Assembly: GCA_964559345.1 (NCBI GenBank)
Contig: CAZLIE010000001.1
Location: forward strand, 11,013 to 75,012
DNA length: 64,000 nucleotides
Direction: 5' to 3'
DNA from: an uncultured Terriglobales bacterium
GTDB lineage: Bacteria; Acidobacteriota; Terriglobia; Terriglobales; Acidobacteriaceae
Below, in pieces: positions 16,171-25,258 of this stretch. How positions within the stretch are numbered: position 1 is the first letter of the stretch; the number at the start of each line of letters is the position of its first letter. Position numbers and translations under genes: made by a program. Under the pieces are notes generated by a model, which ran no database searches, was not told where the DNA came from, and saw nothing but the letters and a program-made list of their open reading frames with translations.

Positions 16171-17388
16171 TCAGCATCGCGCGAGCGCCTGCTGCAGGTC
16201 GGCAATCAGGTCGTCGGCGCATTCGATGCCGACAGAGAGCCGCACTTTAGCCGCCGAAACGTCCATTGACGCAAGCTGTTCGGCTCCCATTCCTACGTGC
16301 GAAGACAAAATCGGATATGAAACTGTGGACTCTACGCCGCCTAAACTGGTCGCCAGCGCCCACAATTTGAGTCCGTCGATGAAAATTTCGGCGGCCTTTC
16401 CGTCGCGCAACTCGAGGCAAAGCAGCATTCCGAAGTCGCTCATCTGCCGTCGCGCGACGTCATGCGACGGATCCCCGGGCAATCCTGGAAACATCACGCG
16501 CGCAATTTTTGGATTTCGGCTGAGGGCAATCGCAATCCTTTCGGCGTTTTCGCAGGCCCTTTCTACCCTTAATTCGAGCGTCTTGAGGCCGCGAATGAGT
16601 AAATAGGACGCGCCAGGGTCGAGCGAGCCACCGGTCATGACCATCATTTCGCGAGCGCGTTGGATGAATTCCTTCGATCCGCAGACCGCGCCGGCGACTA
16701 TATCGCTGTGTCCGCCGAGGAATTTGGTCGCCGAATGGTAGCTAACGTCGCAGCCGAGCCTGAGCGGCTTCTGCAAAATGGGCGTCGCAAATGTGTTATC
16801 GACGACCACGGTGGCGCCGAAATGGTGCCCAATGTCCGCTAGTTTGGCCAGATCCACGCAACGCAGCGTTGGATTGGTGGGCGACTCCAGAAACAAGACT
16901 GCCGTTTTCTTGCTGAAATAAGTCTCGATTCGGTCAATATCGCGGAAAGGGACGAAGCGTGTGGCCACGCCGAAACGGCCGAAAACTTTCTCGAAAAGTT
17001 TCGTTGTGCCGCCGTAAAGATCCTGCATGGCGACGATCTCGTCGCCGGCTTTGCACAAAGCGAGCAGCGCCGACATCGCTGCGGACGTTCCGCTAGACGT
17101 TACGGCGCAATCTTCAGCGCCTTCAAGTGCCGCAATCTTCCGTTCTGCTACGCGAGTTGTAGGGTTTGCGTACCGTGTGTACATATACGCCGACGACTTT
17201 CCTTCACTGATTCGGCGCAGTTCCTCGACGTTTGACAGGGCAAAAACAGCGGTTTGGACCGTACTGGTAGCCAGCGGAGCAGATTTGGAATGCCGCTCTT
17301 CACCCGCGTGCACGCAGCGTGTGGCGTCTTCAGGGTCGCCGCTGGCGGTCTTTTTCACCGCTTGCTCCAGTTCGAGGTCGGTCTTCAT
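16171..17388 (-). CDS. Cys/Met-metabolism PLP-dependent enzyme (cystathionine gamma-synthase/beta-lyase/methionine gamma-lyase family)
   Basis: YTRYANPT, VVVDNTFATP and the PLP-lysine motif HSATKFLGGHSD. The exact activity cannot be assigned by eye. Confidence 0.85.
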   Translation of the reverse strand: MKTDLELEQAVKKTASGDPEDATRCVHAGEERHSKSAPLATSTVQTAVFALSNVEELRRISEGKSSAYMYTRYANPTTRVAERKIAALEGAEDCAVTSSGTSAAMSALLALCKAGDEIVAMQDLYGGTTKLFEKVFGRFGVATRFVPFRDIDRIETYFSKKTAVLFLESPTNPTLRCVDLAKLADIGHHFGATVVVDNTFATPILQKPLRLGCDVSYHSATKFLGGHSDIVAGAVCGSKEFIQRAREMMVMTGGSLDPGASYLLIRGLKTLELRVERACENAERIAIALSRNPKIARVMFPGLPGDPSHDVARRQMSDFGMLLCLELRDGKAAEIFIDGLKLWALATSLGGVESTVSYPILSSHVGMGAEQLASMDVSAAKVRLSVGIECADDLIADLQQALARC

Positions 17389-17517
17389 TGGGACTGTTGA
17401 CAGTCCCGTAAAGTATAGCCGCTACAAATCCGTCCTTTAATGACTTCAGGGCGTTGTACCTGCGGGTACCTGCGGCGACCGATTTGTTGCCTCTGGCAAG
17501 CGAAATCGACTCTCTGC

Positions 17518-18276
17518 TTATTCGAAAAACCTGAATCGCAGTATGTGCCAGACCGCGGCCACGCCGTCGCGCCAGGTGATTTTCTTGCCTTCTTCGTAAG
17601 TTCGCCCGTGATAACGGATGGGAACTTCATAGATTCGGCACCCGAGACGTGCCACTTTGATCGTAAACTCCGGCTCAAAACCGAATCGATTGCTGCGGAA
17701 TTGCACTGCATCGAGCACTTCGCGACGAAAAACCTTGTATCCGACTTCCATGTCGGTGAGGTTCAGATTCGTCAGCATGTTGCAAAGGAACGTCAATGCC
17801 TGGTTACTGACGTAGTGCCAGAAATAAAGCACGCGGTGTGAGCCGCCGTGGAAGCGATTTCCGAACACGACGTCGGCGTAACCTTCCAAAATCGGCTCCA
17901 GCAGAATGGGATAATCGCGTGGGTCGTATTCCAGATCGGCGTCCTGGATAATCAAGATGTCTCCCGTAGCTCGCTGAAAACCGCTGCGCAGAGCCGCTCC
18001 TTTGCCGTGATTGCGATCGTGCAGCACCAGTTCGACCGGCATTCCAAACGATTGCCGCACCTGTTCGACCACTTGCGGCAGCAATTCGCGCGTTCCGTCG
18101 GTCGAGAAGTCGTCCACAATCACCAGTTCACGATCGAGTGGAGACGCTGAAGTGAGCACTCGCTCGACGGTGGCCGCAATCGTCGCGCTCTCGTTATAGA
18201 CAGGAAGGACCACGGAAACTCGACGAAGCGGCTTTTTACGATCGATCGCGAACTGTCGCGAGGGCACCAATTTCAT
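17518..18276 (-). CDS. Family 2 glycosyltransferase, polyprenyl-phosphate sugar synthase-like (DPM1/GtrB/ArnC type)
   Basis: [31 protein letters not shown] and [11 protein letters not shown] are GT2 (GT-A, DxD) signatures. ATGA start/stop overlap with the upstream GT-C gene. Confidence 0.85.
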   Translation of the reverse strand: MKLVPSRQFAIDRKKPLRRVSVVLPVYNESATIAATVERVLTSASPLDRELVIVDDFSTDGTRELLPQVVEQVRQSFGMPVELVLHDRNHGKGAALRSGFQRATGDILIIQDADLEYDPRDYPILLEPILEGYADVVFGNRFHGGSHRVLYFWHYVSNQALTFLCNMLTNLNLTDMEVGYKVFRREVLDAVQFRSNRFGFEPEFTIKVARLGCRIYEVPIRYHGRTYEEGKKITWRDGVAAVWHILRFRFFE

Positions 18277-19643
18277 CTGATTTGGCCGGTCATTGGATAC
18301 TTTTCGCCCGCTTTGGATGTCGGTATCCGAGCTGATGCGCGTGGTTCGGCCATGGAAAACAGCCCCACAATCAACACCAGAATCTCGGGTTCAATAGGAG
18401 CACGATACCGTGGATGGGGAAATGTGACGTAATAAATTAGCGGAACCGCCAGAAGAAGTGACCCATAAAGTAACGTCGCGGGATGTCTTCGCCGCCACAT
18501 CGCCCAGAGACCGGCAAATGCAAAAATTGACGACAGCAGAAAACTGACATTCCTGAACCACAGCAGTGGATAGGGTCCGGGATCGCGCGGCACGTCATAC
18601 CAGTAGTAGAGAAACCGATAGAAGCACAGTTTCGCGAAGGATGCTGGGTGCGAGCGGATGAAATCCAACGCCTCTGACTGGTTCTGCTTCACATATGCGA
18701 CCTCGCCCATGCGCTCGTACTTCTCAAACTCAATGGGATTCCCGCTCGGATGCATCCAGAAACGCCACAGTCCGACCGCATTCTCGCCATTTCCCATGCG
18801 CAGTTCGGCGCCAAAGTTTCCGCGCACCGGAACGAATTTGCGGAAGACCACGTAGTTGCGCACCGCCCACGGACTCACAATCGCGATGAACAACACTCCG
18901 GCGGCGACTGCGTGCAGCAAAGCACGACGCTCGCGCTGCTCGCGCATCTGTCTTAACACGAGCGCGAGCCCGGCAAACGGCAGCCATAGCAGCAATGATG
19001 GGTTCGTGAGCGCAATTACCCCCCACAGAAATCCAAAGAGCAGCCATTCTGGGGCTCGCGATCGCGGCGAAGACTCTACTCGATGCGCGTCGATCCAGCA
19101 GATTCCCGCCATACGCAGCGACAGTAAGAACACGCAAGCGAGTAACAGCGTGGCCAGACTGGTCTCCCACGCCCACTTGACTGCCCAATACCACGCATAT
19201 GGAAACAAAGCACCAAGCCATCCCGACCAGATCGCGACACGATCGCCGAACGTGCGCCGCGCAATGTGAAACACGGGGATGACGGTAAGCGCGGAAAAAA
19301 CCGAATTTAGAGACAGAATCGCGATTGCCGATCCGGTTGAGTACACGCCGAAGACTTTGAAGATCCCGGCCAACAGATACGGATAGATCGGCGCAAGCCA
19401 AGCAGTCGGTCCGGTTCCCGGTTGGAATGGCGAACCGAAGCCGTGTCCGGTGGCGATGGATTGCGCGATGCGCCCCGTCTCCCATCCGAATCCGAAGCTG
19501 TTGGAGAGCTTGGAGACGCGGTAAGTGTGTCCAATGAAGATCGCCGCCTCGCGCGCAATGAACCCAACCCACACCATGGCGGCCGGCTTTCGCCAGCGTG
19601 GATGAGCGAAGAAGGCAGGTTTGGCTCTCTCTAGCGTCTGCAT
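18273..19643 (-). CDS. GT-C fold membrane glycosyltransferase (family 39 / ArnT / PMT_2-like)
   Basis: 456 aa with roughly 10-12 hydrophobic segments. N-terminal [20 protein letters not shown]...[15 protein letters not shown] is typical of ArnT/GT39-like enzymes. Confidence 0.75.
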   Translation of the reverse strand: MQTLERAKPAFFAHPRWRKPAAMVWVGFIAREAAIFIGHTYRVSKLSNSFGFGWETGRIAQSIATGHGFGSPFQPGTGPTAWLAPIYPYLLAGIFKVFGVYSTGSAIAILSLNSVFSALTVIPVFHIARRTFGDRVAIWSGWLGALFPYAWYWAVKWAWETSLATLLLACVFLLSLRMAGICWIDAHRVESSPRSRAPEWLLFGFLWGVIALTNPSLLLWLPFAGLALVLRQMREQRERRALLHAVAAGVLFIAIVSPWAVRNYVVFRKFVPVRGNFGAELRMGNGENAVGLWRFWMHPSGNPIEFEKYERMGEVAYVKQNQSEALDFIRSHPASFAKLCFYRFLYYWYDVPRDPGPYPLLWFRNVSFLLSSIFAFAGLWAMWRRRHPATLLYGSLLLAVPLIYYVTFPHPRYRAPIEPEILVLIVGLFSMAEPRASARIPTSKAGEKYPMTGQIR

Positions 19644-19921
19644 TACTCGCGTTCACGATAGCGAAATTTCAGAGCACTGATGCAGACAATCAGAGCCAGA
19701 GTCGCAGCATTGGCAACGATGATCGGCATCGAGGGCAGCAGCAGTCCGTAAATCAGCCACAAAGTGATGCCGCCGGTAAACAACGCAAGCCACAGCGTGG
19801 ACACATCGCCCGCACGGCGCGATCGCCAAGTGCGAACAAGCTGCGGAATGAAGGACAATGTCGTGCACACGGCAGCCACAGATCCGATGGCAGTGACGTA
19901 TTTGGGAACTTCAACGACCAC
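19643..19921 (-). CDS. SemiSWEET (PQ-loop / MtN3 single triple-helix-bundle) membrane protein
   Basis: 92 aa with 3 TM helices. AAVCTTLSFIPQLVRTWRSRRAGDVS, GITLWLIYGLL, PIIVANAATL and KFRY closely parallel characterised bacterial SemiSWEETs. TAATG overlap with the downstream GT-C gene. Confidence 0.85.
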   Translation of the reverse strand: MVVEVPKYVTAIGSVAAVCTTLSFIPQLVRTWRSRRAGDVSTLWLALFTGGITLWLIYGLLLPSMPIIVANAATLALIVCISALKFRYRERE

Positions 19922-19976
19922 GAATCAGGGTAGCAGGCATGACAAAAAACCAGTTTTGAGTAGAGTCGTGCAGTCA

Positions 19977-21878
19977 TCAGGCTTGCGGCTGTCTCGAGCG
20001 CAGCATGGCTACTACCAGGCGTATTTCTTCGAAGGTGATCTCTGGCGGCAGGTCGTCTTTGATGGTTCTTAATCGTTCCATGCCGAGTTTCCTGCAGGCT
20101 GCTTCAATCTTCTCCAAGTTGGTGGCACCGATCCACGACTGCTGGAACTCCAATTGCCCGCGTTCGACCAGCTCAGCAACAATCGTTGCGACGCTGCCGA
20201 TCTGTCTGCCGCGAATTTTCGCAATCTCATCCAGAGTGTGGCCTTGGGCGAGCAATCCCAACGTCTCCTCGGCAGGTTTGGACTTCTTCTTGAGCGCTTC
20301 TGTCGCGCGTGCGCCGTGGCGAAAACGCTCTAGCACCTGCAATATCGCTTTGCCATACAACTCGGTTTTACGCACTCCGAAGCCTGGAATGCGGCGCACA
20401 TCCGCCAAGGAACGTGGATTGACGCGGCACACTTCGTCGAGAGTCGTGTCGTGCATCACGACAAATGCCGCGATGCCCTGTTCTCTGGCGGTAGTTCGCC
20501 GCCACTCGCGGAGATATTCGCTCATCTCACGATCGACGCCGGGTTGCGTCGGTTTCGACACTGCGGCCGAAGCAAAATATTTGCCTGCCTTTGCAGTTTT
20601 TGCGCTGAACGCCGACAGCCATTCGGGCGTCGCGCCGCAGACATCGCATGCTTCGCAGGCGGTCCACTTCGGGCTTTCGCCGAAGTGGGTACAGATCTGC
20701 AGATGGCGGCACTGTCCGGCTTCGACGAAGCGCCGAACCTGGTGATATCTCTGCCATGCGCGCTCTTTCTCTGCGGGATCCTCAATCTGATCGATGAAAT
20801 ATGTGAGCAGCCCGACGTCGCGTTTCTGCCACAGCAGCAGACAATCGGCCGGCTCTCCGTCTCGTCCTGCGCGTCCGGCCTCCTGATAGTACTGTTCGAT
20901 CGACTTTGGCAGGGACAGGTGAATCACGGCGCGAACGGATGCTTTATTGATTCCCAAACCAAAAGCAATTGTGCCGACCAGGACACGCACCTCATCGGAG
21001 GTCCAGCGCTCCTGATTGCGGCGGCGCGCATCGCTGTCCATCTTTCCGTGATACGCGACGGCCGGAATTCCCTGCTCCTCAAGCATATCGACCGTCTCTT
21101 CCACGCTCTTGATCGTGGGCGCGTAAACAATGACGTTGCTGCCCGCATAGTTTCGCAGTGCGTGTAGGAGCAAGGGGAATTGCGTGCCCCACTCGCATTC
21201 CTTCACCAGATATCGCAGGTTTGGGCGGTGGAAGCTGGCAATGTATTTATCCGGATTGCGCAACCGGAGCTGCTGAAGAATATCGTGGCGAACCTGGCGC
21301 GTGGCGCTCGCAGTGAAAGCCGCAATGGGGCGTTCCGGAAAATGCTGGCGAAGTGCGCTGAGCTGGCGATATTCAGGGCGAAACTCGTGTCCCCATTCCG
21401 AGATGCAATGCGCCTCGTCGATGGCGAAGAACGAGATAGGCACGCGGCTCAGCCATTCGATGCTGTCTTTACGCGCAAGCCGTTCCGGAGAGAGATAGAG
21501 CAGACGAAATCGACCTTCGCGCGCCTGCTGCACGATCTTCGACTGCTCGCTTCCCGCCTGCGAACTGTTCAGGCTGCCGGCGGCGATTCCCATCTGCGCG
21601 AGTTGGGCCATTTGGTCTTGCATCAGCGCGATCAGGGGAGAGATCACGACGACGGTCTTCCCCGGAAGCATTGCCGCGGGCAATTGATAGCAAAGAGACT
21701 TGCCACCGCCGGTCGGCATCACCACACAGGTATCGTGTCCTGTAAGAAGGCTGCTTACGATGCGCTCCTGCAACGGGCGGAAGGAATCATAGCCCCAATA
21801 GCGTTGGAGGGCGGAGAGGATGGACGCGTCAGAGCTCATCGGGGCTGTCTGTTCGATAAATGATGAGCTATTTGCCAT
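19977..21878 (-). CDS. recQ: ATP-dependent DNA helicase, RecQ family, with HRDC and a C-terminal HTH-like extension
   Basis: FRPLQ, MPTGGGKSLCYQLPA, DEAHCISEWGHEFRP, TATA-type motif, IAFGLGINK, QEAGRAGRDG, a zinc-binding Cys cluster, an HRDC-like segment (IPGFGVRKTELYG), then LAQGHTLDEIAKIRGRQIGSV. Confidence 0.9.
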   Translation of the reverse strand: MANSSSFIEQTAPMSSDASILSALQRYWGYDSFRPLQERIVSSLLTGHDTCVVMPTGGGKSLCYQLPAAMLPGKTVVVISPLIALMQDQMAQLAQMGIAAGSLNSSQAGSEQSKIVQQAREGRFRLLYLSPERLARKDSIEWLSRVPISFFAIDEAHCISEWGHEFRPEYRQLSALRQHFPERPIAAFTASATRQVRHDILQQLRLRNPDKYIASFHRPNLRYLVKECEWGTQFPLLLHALRNYAGSNVIVYAPTIKSVEETVDMLEEQGIPAVAYHGKMDSDARRRNQERWTSDEVRVLVGTIAFGLGINKASVRAVIHLSLPKSIEQYYQEAGRAGRDGEPADCLLLWQKRDVGLLTYFIDQIEDPAEKERAWQRYHQVRRFVEAGQCRHLQICTHFGESPKWTACEACDVCGATPEWLSAFSAKTAKAGKYFASAAVSKPTQPGVDREMSEYLREWRRTTAREQGIAAFVVMHDTTLDEVCRVNPRSLADVRRIPGFGVRKTELYGKAILQVLERFRHGARATEALKKKSKPAEETLGLLAQGHTLDEIAKIRGRQIGSVATIVAELVERGQLEFQQSWIGATNLEKIEAACRKLGMERLRTIKDDLPPEITFEEIRLVVAMLRSRQPQA

Positions 21879-21916
21879 CCGGGCTCAACTTTGACCAGTA
21901 TGGCTAAAATAGCCAT

Positions 21917-22303
21917 ATGCCGACGCGACACAAGGCAGATCACAACACCAGCCTACCCGCAGTCAACAGCTTGCGTAGGCTTAGGGCGAACCGCCAACCT
22001 GTTTCCATTACAGCGACTGAGGCTAAGAACGAGTTTGGAAGCATTCTGGAGAAAGCCCTTCAGGGACAGGTTGTGGTGATCACCAAACACGATGCCTCGA
22101 GGGCTGTGCTGATGTCTATCGAAGACTACAACACTTTGTCGCGCGGCGATGAAGTCAAGCTCGACACTCTAAGTGGCGAATTCGATGCGCTTCTCGCGCG
22201 GATGCAGACTACCGAATCACATTCAGCGATGAAGGCTGCGTTCAAGGCGTCACCGGCCCGGCTAGGCAAGGCCGGGCTCGCAGCGGCGCGCAAGCGTGAT
22301 TAA
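21917..22303 (+). CDS. Phd/YefM-family type II antitoxin
   Basis: ITATEAKNEFGSILEKALQGQVVVITKHDASRAVLMSIEDYNTL is the classic Phd/YefM N-terminal fold pattern. The stop overlaps the start of the downstream ATPase gene (GTGATTAA). Confidence 0.8.
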   Translation: MPTRHKADHNTSLPAVNSLRRLRANRQPVSITATEAKNEFGSILEKALQGQVVVITKHDASRAVLMSIEDYNTLSRGDEVKLDTLSGEFDALLARMQTTESHSAMKAAFKASPARLGKAGLAAARKRD

Positions 22304-22933
22304 AAGCGTTCGCCGTCCTTGTATTTATGTTTTAACGGGCACCAATGGAGGCGGAAAGAGCAGTATCGGGGGCGCGATGTTCTCGGAATCAGGCAGCGAG
22401 TACTTCAATCCTGACGAAGCCGCAAGGCGCATCCTGGTTGCAAACCTTTCCTGACGCAATCTGAAGCAAATAGTGTTGCGTGGAACGAAGGTAAACGATT
22501 GTTGGAGCGCGTTGTCGCGGAGCGCTGCAACTTCGCCTTTGAGACGACGCTTGGAGGAAATACAATCACGCGCCTGCTCGACATTGCGCTGTCAGCAGGA
22601 ATCGAGGTCCGCATCTGGTATGTCGGCCTGCGCAGCCCAGAACTTCACATCGCGCGTGTACAAGCCAGAGTTGCGAGAGGCGGTCACTCAATCCCTGAGG
22701 CTACGATCTGCGCCAGGTATAACAGCAGCCGATTCAACCTGATCCAGCTTCTTCCCAAAGCTACCGAAGTGCTCCTCTACGACAACAGCGAAGAAGCCGA
22801 CCCGCACACGGGCAAAGCCCCTCAACCTCTGCTCGTCGCGCACATCATGCGAGGCCGGATTGTAAGCTCGTGCAGACTGTCACTGACTCCAGAGTGGGCA
22901 AAGCCAATTATGGCAGCGGCCATGAAGCTCTAA
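22296..22933 (+). pseudogene. Zeta-toxin / COG4185-type P-loop ATPase (toxin partner), interrupted by a 1-nt frameshift
   Basis: Frame A (22296-22454) encodes VIKSVRRPCIYVLTGTNGGGKSS...FNPDEAARRILVAN and then stops. A frame offset by one nucleotude is open from 22415 and continues PFLTQSEANSVAWNEGKRLLERVVAERCNFAFETTLGG...VARGGHSIPE. Reading across is seamless if one C is added in the CC run at 22445-22446. Confidence 0.7.
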
Positions 22934-22953
22934 TCTCGCTTCACTAACTTCCA

Positions 22954-23796
22954 CTACCAGTAATTCAGCGACAGATTGTGCACCCAGACCGAATACGGAT
23001 CGGGATTGCCATTGGAATTCAATTGAAAGCTCACTCCGAAGTCGCCATTGAGGCCGTTGATCGGTAGCGGATTGAATGCCATGTTCACGGGGTAATTGTT
23101 TCCGTTTACTCCGATGGAGACAAATACCGCCTGCCCATTGCTGCGGGCGAACTCCAATCGCAATTGAACGTGTGACAACGGCGTTGGACGCGCGCACGGA
23201 ACACCGGTGGGAACCCAATGCTGGTTCGCCGGGTCCCAAACCTGCCATATTCCGAGCCCAAAGGAACACTGAACGGCCAGGTTGTACCATCCGCCAGCGA
23301 TGATCTGATTGACGTTGTATTCGGTGCCCCAGGAAACGCCCGGGTTCTCAATGTACTGATCGAGGCTGAGAACGAAGTGCGAGGCGTTAATATCGTTTCC
23401 CAATCGCTTCCACCAGAGCGCGTGACCCCACGCGCTTCCCTGTGCGATAGAGAATCTAGTCGTAGCTGACTGCGGATAACTGAGTCCCTGCGTCATGGAG
23501 TAGGCGATCGGGCCACCACCAGAACAGGTGTCGCAAGAATCCCAACCCGGCATTTGCTCAATGGCACTGATGGTATTTCCGGTGGGAGTACTTGTTGTGG
23601 AAGGAGGAGTTGGCGTCGGGGTAGGAGTTGAACTAGTCGGTGCTGGAGCAGCCGTTTGAGCCGCGGCTGGCGGCGTGTTGGAAGCGGCGACAACAGACGA
23701 GGTGGGCGAAGACGCTGTGCCGCCACATCCGGTCACGGTAATCGCGACAAGGCAGACTGCGGCTAGTCTGCACAGCCAGGGGAAGGTGAAGTGCAT
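22954..23796 (-). CDS. Hypothetical lipoprotein with a Pro/Thr/Ser-rich linker and an uncharacterised W/N/G-rich C-terminal domain
   Basis: Signal plus lipobox LVAITVTGCGG. A ~60-aa PTS-rich linker. A ~190-aa domain ending ...VWVHNLSLNYW. No family recognised. Confidence 0.6.
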   Translation of the reverse strand: MHFTFPWLCRLAAVCLVAITVTGCGGTASSPTSSVVAASNTPPAAAQTAAPAPTSSTPTPTPTPPSTTSTPTGNTISAIEQMPGWDSCDTCSGGGPIAYSMTQGLSYPQSATTRFSIAQGSAWGHALWWKRLGNDINASHFVLSLDQYIENPGVSWGTEYNVNQIIAGGWYNLAVQCSFGLGIWQVWDPANQHWVPTGVPCARPTPLSHVQLRLEFARSNGQAVFVSIGVNGNNYPVNMAFNPLPINGLNGDFGVSFQLNSNGNPDPYSVWVHNLSLNYW

Positions 23797-23936
23797 TCAT
23801 CAATCTTAGGATGTTTTTAGTGGGTTCTACTCGGGTTCTGTGCCTAGTTCCGGATGACTAAGACGACAAAATACATTGTCTTGCTTGACTAATCTCATGA
23901 ATGACAGAGTCATTTGGCACTATTTGTCTTACTCTG

Positions 23937-25181
23937 TCACTCCACATACGCAATTACACACTTGAGATATGCAGTTTCCGGTACTCCGGCGACTATCGAA
24001 TGGTCCACACTTTGTCCGCGCACTTCGAGCAGGCGAATACGACGGTGCGCGTCGGTGGCAGCTTCGGTGAGCATCTGCAGGAATTCCTCCTTGCCGACGT
24101 GGTACGAACACGAACATGTGACCAGGATGCCACCGGGCTCCAGCATCTTCAGGGCGCGGAGATTCAGTTCTTTGTATCCACGCAAGGCGGTGTCCAAGGC
24201 CCGCTTGGTTTTTGCGAATGCTGGAGGATCAAGCACAATTGTGCCAAACTTCCGGCCGGCGTCCGACCAGTCGCGTAGCAGATCAAAGGCATTGGCTTCG
24301 ATCCATTCAATTTCTGGTGTGGCAAGCGACTCGCGGTTCAAGTCGAAATTCTTTTCGGCGGACTCGAGGGCTGCGCGCGAGGAATCAACGCCTGTCACTT
24401 GCGGGCAGACTCGGGCCAGGTGCAGCGCGAATCCACCTTGATAGCAGAAGGCGTCCAAGGCCTCGCCGTGCGCGAAGCGCGAAGCTGCCGCATAGTTCTC
24501 ACGCTGATCTAGAAACGCTCCCGTCTTTTGTCCGGCCGCAGCTTCGTAGTGAAACCGAAGCGGTGGCTCTCTCGGGTTTTGGCGCATTTCTATTACAGTG
24601 GCCGACTTATCTCCATGCACTTGACCGCCAGGTACAGGCAGCAGGTCTTCCAGTTCGCGGATGCGCGGTTCCACACGTTCGATGATCCCAGCAGGACGAA
24701 ACTCGTCTTCCAGAACTGAGACAACTGTCGAGCGCAGCTCCGGCCTGTCCATCGCTTGGGTCAACATCTGGAAGGCAAGCACGTCGTTGTAGCGATCGAC
24801 GATTAATCCGGGAAGCTGGTCGGCCTCGCTGAAGACCAGCCGATAAGCATTGCTTTGCTCAGGTACCTTCAGCAGGCGACGGTACTCCACCGCAGTCCGC
24901 ACTCGGGAAGCGATGAGCGACGGCAACTCCGCCTCACTGATCTCGGCGGCAGAGATCATGCGCAATGAGATTTGCGACTTTGAACTCGCCAGCGCCGTGC
25001 CCATAAACTTTCCGCGATCGTCGATCACCGCGACCAATGCGCCGCGTGGTAGTTGTGGCTCACCGTCAAGATCGGAGCGGTACACCCACGGATGCCCTTG
25101 GCGCAGACGGGTCGCAGCACGACGGCTGATGCGAACAGGCGTCAATTGCGACCTTTCAACCTTGAGCGCCGAACGGGGCAT
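23937..25181 (-). CDS. rlmI: Class I SAM-dependent 23S rRNA (cytosine-C5) methyltransferase, RlmI-like
   Basis: PUA-like N-terminus GHPWVYRSDL, SAM-binding region ALDAFCYQGGFALHLA, and VLDPPAFAK. The start is chosen at MPRSALKV (25181). The ORF extends 110 more codons, which are R-rich and non-coding-like. Confidence 0.85.
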   Translation of the reverse strand: MPRSALKVERSQLTPVRISRRAATRLRQGHPWVYRSDLDGEPQLPRGALVAVIDDRGKFMGTALASSKSQISLRMISAAEISEAELPSLIASRVRTAVEYRRLLKVPEQSNAYRLVFSEADQLPGLIVDRYNDVLAFQMLTQAMDRPELRSTVVSVLEDEFRPAGIIERVEPRIRELEDLLPVPGGQVHGDKSATVIEMRQNPREPPLRFHYEAAAGQKTGAFLDQRENYAAASRFAHGEALDAFCYQGGFALHLARVCPQVTGVDSSRAALESAEKNFDLNRESLATPEIEWIEANAFDLLRDWSDAGRKFGTIVLDPPAFAKTKRALDTALRGYKELNLRALKMLEPGGILVTCSCSYHVGKEEFLQMLTEAATDAHRRIRLLEVRGQSVDHSIVAGVPETAYLKCVIAYVE

Positions 25182-25258
25182 GGTTTTGATTCTACTGATA
25201 CAGGGAACCAAGCAAAGGCTCGCCTGAGGAGGAGCGACCGTCGTTCCGATTGGTGAGA

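Noticed and set aside
18730-19656. 308-aa same-strand alternative-frame ORF inside the GT39-like gene
   Set aside because: The overlapping frame (18273-19643) gives a coherent multi-TM GT-C-like protein. The alternative frame is Arg/Cys-rich nonsense.
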